A DNA stretch of 64,000 bases. Origin: the human T2T-CHM13v2.0 reference genome, Homo sapiens. The DNA lies in the NCBI RefSeq assembly GCF_009914755.1, contig NC_060930.1. One strand, given 5' to 3'. Positions 13,101 to 27,130 of this stretch are shown piece by piece. How positions within the stretch are numbered: position 1 is the stretch's first letter; each line of letters opens with the position of its first letter. The position numbers were made by a program, and so were the translations under genes. Under the pieces are notes generated by a model. That model was given only the letters and a program-made list of their open reading frames with translations, was not told the DNA's origin and did not search any database.

Positions 13101-14549
13101 ACAGAACGTAAAATAGGAAAATGAGACCTCGGTGATTGTCAATGTTAGTCTCAATAAAAAGAATTTGTGATATGTATGACTGTCTGCAAATGATTACACA
13201 AGTGGTTTTTAACACCGTGATGTGCACTTACAAATGAGAAAGCTCTCGAGTTCCCACTTCTGTCTGTTACACGTTCATCACTGGAGAAAGAGTCATGCCC
13301 TCCCAAATTTAGGTGAGTTCTGGAGGACCTGCACACACTAAGCATTTTGAGAGCTCTCAGAATCATGTAGCTTTAGATGAGAACACTTTTCCCTCACAAA
13401 ATTCTATGGACTGGACTCAGGTAGTAGATGCTCAGTAAATGCTGATTTGATTTGCAGTGGATTTGAATGCAAAGTGCAACTCACATTTTAGACTAATTGA
13501 ACTCAATGGCTGATCATACTTAATATAATAGCTCTAAGGCTAAAGAAAATCAATGACTACACTGAAAAGCAGCCAAATGCTCACTCTCCTGCCTAGTTGA
13601 CAGTCAATGCTGACCTGCCTCTTGATCCTTTCCAGCTTTTGGGTATTTCCAACTTCACTGTGCCCCCAGAATGCAGAGGCCGGTTAGCAAGTGTTGCGTG
13701 GTACCTTGTGGTACATTTGTTCTTCGTTTTGAAGTGATGTAATAAAGGATAACAAAGGTGTGAAACTTGAGTTGCACTGTTAAAGTTGTCCTACATTTCC
13801 TAAAGCCTCCCCTCTGCATGATAAGTTGAGTGAAATTCTGGCTGAAGGGAGAGAGAAGTGTGAGCTGGAATGCTGTGACATCCCTTCATCTCCAATTGTG
13901 GAAAACTGTGGGAATGCATATTAAAGGAACCCCAGAAACTTTTGTTTTTACTAAACTGAGACTTAAAAAAACTTCATTTGGCAGTTGAACACCTCTATCC
14001 CATTGTAAGAAACAGGAAAGATTCAAAGCATGCATTCTGCTATAATTCATTTTGGGATAAGAAATAGGCAGAAGTACCTCGAAGAATAAATCATTAACTA
14101 AAAGGCAAACCGAGGCACCCTGGAAACCAGCGAGACCTGGAGGCGGCCGAGGGATCAGGCGGCTGGGATTTGCCTGTTCCCTCTGGTGACTTCTGGAGCG
14201 AAGCATCCCACAGGCAGGACGAACCCGGCACACTGCGCTCCGCTCCATTTCACTTTTCAAACTTGAAGTTATTTTTAGATGACCCAAGGCCGCTAATCCC
14301 AAGCAGGACAATTCTCAGCCCGCTGCACCTCAGTGCACCTACCCCCTCCCCAGCCTCTGCATTGGGAAGAAGGGATCTCTCGATCTTCTTTGCTCTCTGC
14401 ATCCAGTTAGTCTCTTCTAGACCCTCTCTAAGCCTCAGTCCCGGGGATCACAGGCGTCATCCTCGCTCCTTCACTTATGCACCTGCTGCTGCTTCCAGGA
14501 AGGCAAACCCCCGGGCCACGGGCAGTGGGGAAGGGGCTCCTTTGGACCC

Positions 14550-14563
14550 GCGCCCCCTAGAGG
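14550..14563 (-). promoter_or_regulatory. CTCF-like motif CCTCTAGGGGGCGC
   Basis: Close match to the CTCF core CCASYAGRKGGCRS. Confidence 0.55.
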
Positions 14564-14627
14564 GGGGTCGCGGGAGATCTCCGTCCCCACGGCCGCAGCC
14601 GGGACTGACCACAGATCTGGAGACAAA

Positions 14628-14689
14628 CCCCACCCCCGCCACTGCCCCCACCCCCGCCCCCGCCCCCGCCCCCGCCCCCGCCCCCGCCC
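14628..14689 (-). repeat. (GGGGGC)n hexamer repeat, 6 perfect units at 14651-14686; G-quadruplex potential
   Basis: CCCCCG x6 on + strand with degenerate CCCCCA/CCCCCG units upstream. Confidence 0.95.
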
Positions 14690-14815
14690 TGCACCCAGAC
14701 CCGGCCCGGAGACCAGATCCCCGCCGCGGACCCCCGGCACGACCCCGGGGCTGCTGTCAGCCCCGGCGGGACGGGGTGCCTGGGCGAGCCTGGCCGGCGC
14801 GGTTACATAACCGAC

Positions 14816-14873
14816 CTGCTGGGCGTCCGCGATGCGCCGGCGGAGGCGGAGGCGGAGGCGGCGGCTGGGGCGT
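14816..14873 (-). CDS. Possible non-AUG (ACG) initiated N-terminal segment (M/T)PQPPPPPPPPPAHRGRPA, phase 1
   Basis: 58 nt from ACG to the donor, preceded by an in-frame TAG; weak Kozak context; translation is inferred. Confidence 0.3.
14839..14865 (+). repeat. Interrupted CGG/CCG repeat (GGCGGA)3(GGC)3
   Basis: Read directly from the sequence. Confidence 0.9.
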
Positions 14874-15602
14874 CTACGGGGGCCAGCTGCTAGCGCGCGG
14901 CGCTGCCTGCTCACCTGCCCGCCGGTGCGAGCGCGTGGGGGCGGCGCGGTGCCCGCGGGCCTTTGCGTGGGGCCGTACGCGGCGCGGCGCGCCCCGCCTC
15001 CCTCTCTCTGCCGCCGTGGGTCAGTGGGATTCTGCCTGCTGCCCGCTCCTCCCCGCAACCTCCGCCGCCGTCACCCGGGACAAAGCGGCTCCAGGGAGGG
15101 GCTGAGCCGGCGGCTCTCGCAGGAGCCGGCGGAGATGGGCGCGTCCCCAGCTCCGACTCATCGGGCCAACCTCCAATCAGACCCAGGGAAACCGAAAGCC
15201 CCTGTCTGGCCTCTTCTCATCTCCTCCCTCCTGACCCGGCGCCCTCCCCAGTCCCCTACCCACCGCACCTCCGGGGCTCTCACCCTGCCCTCAGCCCCGC
15301 ACCCCCTCCTTTCCACTTCAGGTGCCCGGGAGGGCGCAGGAGCCTCCGGGCACCTGGCGTGGGAGCCTGGCTGCAGGAGTCCCGGCCTCAGCGGGAAGAG
15401 GCTCCTCGGGGTCCCATACTAAGCTGAGGGTGAGGGGGCAGCGACAGCCCAGAAGAAATGGTCAGAGAAGCAAACTGTGGTGGGGGAGTACTGGGAGAAA
15501 GACTCTTCTTACCAGATGTCTGAGCCCCCCGACTCTGGCTAACTGAGGAAATGTCGGGGAGCCCCTGGATGGTCCTCCCGGGCTTCTGCGCTTGGTGGGC
15601 GC

Positions 15603-15618
15603 TGGCGCCCTCTGGCTG
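15603..15618 (-). promoter_or_regulatory. CTCF-like motif CAGCCAGAGGGCGCCA
   Basis: Close match to the CTCF core. Confidence 0.55.
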
Positions 15619-16299
15619 GAGCCCTGCGCCCGGCCCAGCCCAGGCCGCTGAGGGTGCCCTGCGCGGGCTTCACAGCTTTGCCAGGATTTGCAGCCATCAG
15701 ACCTGAGGACAGAAGGGTTCGGGCTGCAAGGAATCCTATTGTGTGAGAGCCATGACACAGTGAGTGGGAGGTTGGTATCCTACAGCAAACGGGACTGAAG
15801 GTGAATCGCAATCTAGGGTAGATCTGTTGCTCAACAAAGTTAACCCCAGTAGAAGTCTCTGCTTTACGGAATAAAGCAACTCAAATGGGTAAGGAAGCCT
15901 GTGGCTTACGGGTGGCACAGATAGGAACAGGACTGAGTCTCATGGCAAGAGAATGTGAATTATGCAAAAGATCATAGGAGAGTGCGGGAAATTAAAGGAA
16001 GGAGGTGTGCAGACCAATCTGAGGGAGGGAGTGAATAACATTTAAATCAGGTTTGTGTTCTGTCATCTTTCGAATTGCTGCATAAATAAGCCGTTTTCTT
16101 TTTGCTTTTTATGCCTTTTGATTTTCTGATAACAATATTACGATTGCACTGAAGCAGTCCATTCACAATCATTCTTCACTTACCCACACTACGTTGTTTT
16201 TTTCCAAAGTTGACATACAATCACGTTTTGTTTGTTTTCAACAAAAAAAGGTAGACGAGACGTTGGCTCTTCTCTCTGATTAATCTGCATTAACATAAA

Positions 16300-16640
16300 C
16301 ACAATTTCAGAATTGAAAATGACCTTAGGCTTCCCCTCGTTCAGCCTTCCCCTGGATGCATAAATCTGTAATTAGTCGTTGATTTAGATAATTGCCATTT
16401 GGGTTAGAATTGTCTGAAAGGGCATTCTTAAGTTGAGCAAAAACTTGCCTCCCTTTAATCATTAGTTCTCCCTTACTTTTTGAAGCCAAAGAAACCAAGT
16501 CAAATTCCTCTTCTAACTATCTTTAAAATATGTAAAAATAGCTAGCATGTCTAATGCACTCCAGGATCCCCTTTCTTTCCAAGTAAAGCATCCCCAACCC
16601 TTTAAACAAAATCTCACTTATTATTAGTGAGTACTTCCTA
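16300..16640 (-). mobile_element. L3/CR1 fragment
   Basis: CAGAATTGAAAATGACCTTAG start and CTTTCTTTCCAAGTAAAGCATCCCCAAC..TTTAAAC resemble the CR1/L3 3' region. Confidence 0.5.
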
Positions 16641-17244
16641 GAATCTTCGTCAAACTGATGACTTTCATCTTAACAGGGACTATTTATTATTTTGTGAATA
16701 TACATTTACAAATAAAATTTTCAGCTTATAGAAGCAATATATTCATTGCAGAAATTTTGAAAAGTTGGAAAAACACAGGATTTAATCTGAGAACTAAATG
16801 AGGTAATACATGTAAAACACCTAAGCACAGTGCCTGGCACACAGTGATACTCAATATATGTTAGCTGTTACCAAAATCAACATAGCCATTTTCCTAACAC
16901 CAAATATAGATATTGTTACTTTTCTAGATGCTGTTTCTGAGTTCTCATAGCCACATATTCCTCCTTCTACTGCTAAGAGAAATTCTGTGTTTGTCAGTTT
17001 GTGTGAAGAAGGAAGCATAATAAATGAGGAAAAAAATGAAAAGTGACAAACAGCCTCATGTTGTTTACCTTGAGAAGAACAAAATGTTACTAGCAAAACA
17101 AATGTTAATGGCAAGAAGAAAATACAGAGAGAAAAAGAGTTTATGGGATGGGGTCTGAGCTTGAAGAGGATTTTGGAGAGCAGGAGTGAGGCTAAAGGGT
17201 AGCTAATGTTAAGGATGGTGGTAAATAAGATCAGAATTTTGGTT

Positions 17245-17475
17245 TGCTAACATTTATTGAGCATTTAGTATATGCCACGCTCCAAGTCAATGAATTTTTA
17301 TACATTAATTCATTTCACTTTCATGGCAACTCTATTAGATAGGTACTATAATTAACCTATAGTAAAGAAAGCACAGAAAGATTAAATAAATGACTTGCTG
17401 AAGCTAACAAGTGGAAAGCTGAATTCACACCTAGACAACCTGGCTTTGGAGTCCCCACTAGACTAGACTGCCTCT
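17245..17475 (-). mobile_element. MIR SINE
   Basis: GCTAACATTTATTGAGCATT..TATGCCA..ACATTAATTCATTT..TGACTTGCTGAAG. Confidence 0.8.
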
Positions 17476-17494
17476 CAATGGTTGTATGTGACAT

Positions 17495-19840
<2,346 letters not shown>

Positions 19841-20227
19841 GTCGCATACATATTTTATACATATATATGTATACAAATTTACTTCTTTATTTCTATGTCT
19901 ATTTTTATATATTGAAAACCATGAGTTTGCAATAATCCTGCAATTCCAACCCATCACCATAGGGTTTATTCTAGTTTTTCCCCTTTCCAATGTACACCTC
20001 TTTTCTCTAACAATGGGAAAACATGGCTCCTATCATCCTCAATAAATTTATTTTTCCAATCTTTTTTGGGCCTTGCCCTACTCAGGCACCCTCTTTGTAC
20101 AAGCCTCAACTCCTACTGGACCATCCTTTCTCTGATGACCTCCTCTCCTCTGCCCAACACATATAATGCTGCCTTCCTGCAAGAGAAAGAAGAGAAAAGA
20201 GATGAGAGAAGAGACTTTAAATAAGAG

Positions 20228-20528
20228 GGCCAGGCATGGTGGCACACACCTGTAATTCCAGCACTTTAGGAGGCCGAGGCGGGCAGATCACTTGAGCTCA
20301 GGAGCTCGAGACCAGCCTAAGCAACATGGCAAAACCATGTCTTTACAAAAATACAAAAATTAGTCGGGCATGGTGGTGGGTGCCTGTAGTCCTAGCTACT
20401 TGGGAGGCTGAGGTGAGAGAATCACTTGAGCCCAGGGGGTTGAGACTGCAGTGAGCCGAGATCATGGCACTGCACTCCAGCCTGGGCAACAAAGCAAGAC
20501 CTTGTCTCAAAATAAATAAATAAATAAT
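20228..20528 (+). mobile_element. AluJ (AluJb-like)
   Basis: GATCACTTGAGCTCAGGAG, TTGAGCCCAGG..TGAGACTGCAGTG (J diagnostics); (TAAA)n tail. Confidence 0.93.
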
Positions 20529-20539
20529 ACGAATGTGTA

Positions 20540-21000
20540 TGTGATCAGAGCAGGGTAAAATGGATCCATCATATCCATTCTCCTGGATACTATTTCTATT
20601 AATTCCTCTTAAGTGCCTATATGGTTATTTTGCTGTCAAATCACTCAGTTGATTCATGTTGAATTTACTTTCAACTATAATCCCTCAGTCTTTTAAATAC
20701 TTCGCTGTACAACAATAGACCTCTCCCAATACTCACCTCACAGTCTCTATCTGCAGAGTAGAATTTTTAAACAAAAAATTCATGGTAGAATGAATCCTAT
20801 AATTTCACAAGCTGAGATCATTCAGAGCTTAATTTTTGCTTTCAGTATGTTAAGTATTTGTTATTCCATCCAGATTTGCATCATTGGCAAATTTTCTAAG
20901 TATGTTGTCTACACCCTTATTTAAGTCAGTGATAAAACTGAATGAGGTGAGAGCCGGGGGACCACCACTTGAGACTTCCATCATTGTCAGTGATTGTCAA
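20540..21000 (-). mobile_element. L3/CR1 fragment
   Basis: CTGGATACTATTTCTATTAAT..GTTGATTCATGTTGAATTT..TTTGCATCATTGGCAAATTT match the reverse of the CR1 RT region. Confidence 0.6.
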
Positions 21001-21290
21001 AGGACACACGAAAGTCATGCTCACTTTGAGCAGTCAGAATCTGGGGACTGTCCCACAATACATATTTCCTCCTGTGATTCTGATGTGCTTCCATGATATC
21101 CATACTTCTTCTCCTTTTCCATTCTGCTCTGAGTTGGATCGCAATGCTTTTCTAATTGACATTATTAATATAAGAACATCATATCTCTTAGGTCTATGGG
21201 GGAAAATAGGTTGAGAATTATCACTCTATTAAATTAGAACTCTTTATACATAATTCAAGTAACTGAAGAGAATTACAATATGTACTTGTC

Positions 21291-21745
<455 letters not shown>

Positions 21746-22704
21746 GTGAAATATATCCCTTGTACATTTGCCTGCTTTGTTGTTCTTGACTTAGAGAAAA
21801 ATTCAATTCATCAAGTGTAGGCTTTATTAAAAGTCACTTTATGACCCTTGAAAGATTTCTTTTTTTTTCATTCACAAATATGATTTTATTTAATCCTATT
21901 AAGATTCTGAGTTTCGGATGTTATTACACCTGTTTTTATAAAATCTCAGAAATAAGAAGGGATCTTGGAGGTCATATGAGAAATTTCTGACATTTTAACT
22001 TTTCTGACTACAAGAATATGAAACTTCTGTTTCCCTCTTTGCTCTACTTGTCAGAAAACTCGAGTGAATTCTCATGCTCAATGTATATTTGCAACTCTGT
22101 GTTTTACTTGTAATTAATAGAACTACAATTATTTCTTAGAGTTAACATTTCAGACTTTTAAAATGTTACTATGTATCGAATGCCACACTGGCTGATTTTG
22201 AAAATATTCTCTCTAAATCTTTACAATGATCTTAGAAATATATATTATCCCTATTTTAGAAATAAGGACCCTGAAGCTTCCATATTTTTTCCTCGTAACC
22301 AGAAGACTAATATGTTTGATCCTCTTCATGGCATAGGACCCAAGCAATAAGCTATGGCTTCACTGTACTTGCCTGTGGGGTTTTCTATGTCTTTTCCATG
22401 TTATATGTGAGGTCTCCTAGCCTGAAGTTGGGTGACATGGATCCTTGTTATAGATCTTACTGGTTAGCTAAGAAATCTCAACTTCCTTCAGGGTAGCTTA
22501 TAAACTATTTTAAGTAAGGTTACTAACATATGTATAGAAAATCAGGAAAGATTTCATATTTTCCAAAGATCCATACTCACATATTCAAAGAAAGAACTTT
22601 AGACTATTTGCTATCACACTAGGAAAAATTATGAAGTTTGAATCTGTGAGGAAATGTACAGATTATCTAGCACTGTAACTAGAAATAATCACAACATTAA
22701 ACAT

Positions 22705-22910
22705 GTTTTTTGAGTGGATGCTAACTGCCGATCACTGTTCTCTGCAGTTTGTACGTATAAATTAATGTAATCCTTATAATGCCTGATGAGATAGGTACAA
22801 TTATTATTACCACTTTACAGATCAGGAAACCAAGACACAGATAGATTGCCCAGCCCTGGTAAGTTGAGTCAGAGTGGACCCTAAGTAGCCTGGTTTGAGA
22901 CCATAGGTTC
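22705..22910 (-). mobile_element. MIR SINE
   Basis: ATTATTACCACTTTACAGATCAGGAAACCAAGACACAGA. Confidence 0.75.
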
Positions 22911-23789
22911 TCCTGTGTATAAGAAAATACAGCCATTTTTAGCAACCATGCAGAGTGAATTAAGCCTTCCTTTTCAGTGCTCCTGTAGTACTTTTTAAAA
23001 ACATGCTTCTTCTATACAATGTATGTCACATTATATTATTTGCAAACTACTTAAGGAATAGAGCTAGCAACTTATCCTAATATCATGCATAATAGAGCAG
23101 ATTTTCAATAAATTTTTAATGGATGATGGAGAATTTAGGCTTAGAAAACATGGCTTTTCCAAGGTCAAAGTGATGGTTTGTGGAAAACTCAGACTAAAAA
23201 TCCCCAAGTCTTCTGAGTTTCAATCAAGTAGCTGTTCTTTTTTCCTGCATCAAGCTGGTCCACATTTACCACTAGAAAAATACTGTGTAGCATATATGAA
23301 CTTCAGAATATTCCTTATAGATTTAGATGTGTTGTAATGTTATATGAAAAAGATACATTTTTAATGCAACAGTTCCATGCCTTGCAGTGGCAAAAATAAA
23401 AATGGGCTGGGTTTAAAATTAAAATAAACTGGAGTAGTCCAGATTTCTGATCTGAAAGTAGAGGCTGTCATGTATATTTATTCTAGGTTTACAATATTTC
23501 ATGTCAAGTTGTGAAATTGAAAATGAGGGAAGAAGCACTTCTCAAAACATTCTAAGTTAATTTGTTTTAGTTTTTCTTGGTAGCATTTAGAGTAGAGTAG
23601 AGAAGTGAGGAGGGCTCACTGAGTCAGGGAACAGAGTGAGTGATCCTATGGACAAGTTTTGGTTGCTCTTAATTGCTCTAAAGACTTTCCTGGGCTGGGG
23701 GAGGTGGGAGTGGGAAAATAACCCACATACTCATTGAAAAAAATAAGGTCAAAATAACTGAGTCTGTCTCTAATAGCTCAAGAATTTCT

Positions 23790-24115
23790 AGTGTCAATGT
23801 CCTCCAGTCAAAGGCCATCAAGAAAATACCTGTAGTTGAGTAATTTGGGTTTGTTGCTCATTGTAATGAGAGTAAACACACACCATGGAGCTACTGAAGT
23901 ATCACACAGGAAGAGGATGTTAGAAAGGACTTATAGGATTTGAACGTGTCTAAAGTGATTTTTGGGAGAGCTCAAGGAAGCAGTGCTTTGCTCTAGATTA
24001 GATGCTGTAGAAGCAGGGGTAATTCTTTGCTTAAGTATGTTAATAAATCTTATCTATAAGGCAAGAGGGATGAAGTAAGGCTAAAACTATTATTGGTAGT
24101 GATGCCACAGTCAGT
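23790..24115. mobile_element. ERV/LTR-derived fragment (family not assigned)
   Basis: Resembles a recurrent LTR-class repeat (GGGTTTGTTGCTCATTG..GTTAGAAAGGACTTATAGGATTTG..CTTTGCTCTAGATTAGATGCTG). Confidence 0.45.
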
Positions 24116-25249
24116 GGGTTTTCTGTCTATAAATTCTACCCACCAGAGAACTTTCTCCTATTATATGATTTCTCTCCACCTCCAGCCTCCTCCTACTTCT
24201 TCAATTTTGATGTAACAGTAAGAGCAGTTCTCCTCCTTGTGACTCCCCCTGTTCCTTTTGTCATGACACATCCATATTATTGTTCAGATGCCAGAGGAAA
24301 ACTGCCTGTCTCTGATTTCTCTTTTTCCTTTTGTTACCACATGTCATGCCCCAAGTAGTCAAACCTGCCTTCATAGTGGCCCCAGGATGAAAGCCACTGC
24401 CACCCATATTGGATCTTCCTTGGGTTTGGTGTGTCTGGAGTGTGTAAAGTTGTACAAAGTGCTGGTAGAATGACAGGCATGAAAACAGCCACAGGGCAGC
24501 TAAGTTATCTGCATTTCTTACACCGACACAGGCGTGCACAAGGAACTGCAATTCAGGAATTATCTGTTAAACTAAAACTCATTAATTACTTGGTTTGCCC
24601 AAAAGGAGAAAAATAACAAAAAAAAAAAAAAAGCAAAAAGATGGATGGGATGTGTTTTGTTTTTAATATTCTTCTGACAGTCTATGGAGTAAAAAATATG
24701 TACATAAATAAGTTTTTTCCAGTTTGTAGTGTGGAAAATATTTATATAGAGATAACATTCTTAGACAACATTCTAAGCCTCCCAGTGCTGTATTTTTTAA
24801 AGTCTGCAAATAAAAGCAATGTGCATTTGGGGAGTGGGGAATATGAGGATGCAGATGCTCATGGGCAATTCCAGGTGTGATCACTGATCCAATCCACAGG
24901 TCCCGCCACAGGGGCCTGGACGACTGAGCACCCGCAGGTGCCTGTGACTCATTGGTGTGGGTTGATTCTCCAAAGAAGAAACACTGATCTATTGGGGCCA
25001 TCAAAATTGAGGCATGAGTCAGATTTCTCCAGGGTTTGACACATTGACAGAATACTCTGATAACTTAATTTCAGCGAAGGTGCTAATGGCTGATAATAGG
25101 ATCTCTGGTTACTCTTGGATAACATCTACACTTAAATGGGACAAGGCTCTTTATAGTCTGGTGGCCACTGTCCATCCTGTCTCTCTGTCAGTTTCTCTCT
25201 CTTCTGTCCCCAGCTTTCACTTCCATGCCATGCACTGGCATTTCCCTCT

Positions 25250-25398
25250 GCCTGGGAAATTTTTAGAAATGCAAATTCTCAGTTCCACCCTCTATCTATT
25301 GAATCAGAAACTCGGGGTGGTGACCCAGAAACCTATGTTAATTAACAAGAGTTCCAGGAGATTCTGATGTGCGCTGAAGCTTGAGCTCACTTTTCTAA
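25250..25398. mobile_element. MER5A hAT-Charlie MITE (partial)
   Basis: TTAGAAATGCAAATTCTCAG..TGAATCAGAAACT..TTAACAAG..CCAGGAGATTCTGATG. Confidence 0.8.
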
Positions 25399-25409
25399 AA
25401 ACCTGAGCT

Positions 25410-25600
25410 ACATCAGCACATTTAATCTTCATGGCAGCTCTCTGAGGTAGGTACTAAGATTGCCCCATTTTACAGATGAGAAAACTGAGACACAGAAAGC
25501 TAAGCAACTTGACAATGGTTCTAAGTTGGGAAGTGGTAGAGCTGAGCTTTGAATCCAGGCTATCTAGCTTAAGAATTTAGTCATTCTATGACTCAGCTGT
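25410..25600 (-). mobile_element. MIR SINE
   Basis: CCCCATTTTACAGATGAGAAAACTGAGACACAGA. Confidence 0.85.
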
Positions 25601-26608
25601 TACTTCGTGTATAAATAAATGCCTCTGTGAAGACTTCCGTGTGATGCCAATCTCCCAAATTTCACCAAACAGTATCAGTAGTCCCTACATCACTTTCTTC
25701 TCTTACTATGCATGTACTTTTCTCATCTTTCTATGCCTGGTACCCAGTACCTACGTTGCAATAAACACACCTTGGTATATGAGGAAAGAATGAATAATTA
25801 AATTAATGATTAGTGAATCAGTAAATATTATATCTTGCCTCAGAAGCAACTTTACCAATTTTTCTCAAGAAGTTTAAAATATACAGGTTACTAAATCCTA
25901 TCTCTCACTTCCCTGAAAGTCTTTAGGAGTAGGACCTGTGAATCTGTATTTTTAGTAGTCAAAACAGAAATAAGAACCTGGGTTTAAGAAAAAGTTGTGC
26001 CCAACATACTGATTCAGCTCACATAAAACTCCCACCTTAATTCACACTTACAATATCAGAGAGCTTGATAAGACCAAGCTGAGGGCATCAATGGGAAAGG
26101 AGGGACTCATCTCATCCTTAAATCCTACCTCATAGGAGAGCTGCTTACCTCGTAACCAACCCTACCTGGAAGAAAGCCTGAATGTGCTTCACATTTCAGG
26201 CACATTATATAATATTCTTTGAATAATATCAACATAAGAAATGCCTGCAGTTGGTTCCACCAAGCTGTATATGGGAAGTTGTTTTCCCCCTGGAACAAGC
26301 AGTCCTCAGCATACAAATGGGTCATATTCCAAAAATGCATTTGTAAGTTGAGTTGTTTGGATCTCAGAAAACACTTTCCCACAGAAGTAATATTAGAAAA
26401 GAGGGTTCCATTCCTCTGCCAAAACACAAACCTGATTTAGAACACTCTGTCTCTGAAATAGCATTTCAGATGGCCTACACGGACATCCATGGGAAATGTG
26501 ACTGGGTCCCACCCAACTTGGAACTGGGGAAGATGGGAGCACTGTGACTTCTTGGTGAGGCTGGGCTGTGCCAGCAACAGGGACTTGCCTTAGTTCTCCT
26601 CCCTCCCC

Positions 26609-26610
<2 letters not shown>

Positions 26611-26644
<34 letters not shown>

Positions 26645-26647
26645 ACA
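26611..26647. repeat. (CA)n microsatellite
   Basis: Read directly from the sequence. Confidence 0.95.
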
Positions 26648-26959
26648 GTGGCTACTGGTCATGTGATGGAAAGAGAAAGTTGCCACTCCAAGAAGACTAC
26701 TTGTGTTCCAATGAAACCTTTCCTCCCTTCAATTGTACATTCAAGAGCTGCCCCAGACTTGCAGCTCAGAGGTCCACATTTCAGGAATAGATCACCCAGA
26801 ATGCTGTACCCTAACCTCTGATATTTTCTTACCTGAATTTTGGAAACATTACACCATCTGTAGTTTCAATTTTAGAGCAATTGTAACCACCTTCCCTAGT
26901 ATATCTAGTATAATAATATAGGGATAAACATAGAATAAGTGGCATAAATAAAATGGCTG

Positions 26960-27130
26960 CTGATAAAGTGGAAAAGAGACCCAAATGTCTAGTTTTCCTT
27001 GGCCATCAATTAATTAGCTGTGTGACAATGGGCTAAATTCTCTGGGCCTCAGTTTTCTCATTTGTAAAATACTGGGGAAGATAAGTGATTTATATAATCT
27101 ATAACAGTTTTTTCCTAAATTTAATATTCT
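26960..27130 (+). mobile_element. MIR SINE
   Basis: TAGCTGTGTGACAATGGGC..CTCTGGGCCTCAGTTTTCTCATTTGTAAAAT. Confidence 0.8.

Larger units (their letters stand above)
14816..14930 (-). other. GRIP1: Putative first exon of a minus-strand gene (tentatively the distal GRIP1 exon 1); TSS approximate
   Basis: Inside the CpG island, downstream of a GC box, ending at donor CAG|GTCGGT (14816/14815); G-rich sense strand follows; no other exons evident. GRIP1 is tentative recall only: a phase-1 exon ending in G fits the GRIP1 exon 2 acceptor (D-ESPYTK) as I remember it. Confidence 0.45.
14430..15680. promoter_or_regulatory. CpG island promoter
   Basis: Abrupt shift to very high GC with abundant CpG in an otherwise CpG-depleted window; Sp/KLF box GGGAGGCGGGGC on the - strand at ~14991-15002. 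Confidence 0.95.

Noticed and set aside
14651-14686. Identification as the C9orf72 repeat
   Set aside because: The unit is GGGGGC, not GGGGCC, and no C9orf72 coding exons are evident nearby.
14170-15427. Long overlapping ORFs (154-311 aa) on both strands
   Set aside because: Stop codons are scarce in GC-rich islands; the products are low-complexity R/P/G/A with no recognisable domain.
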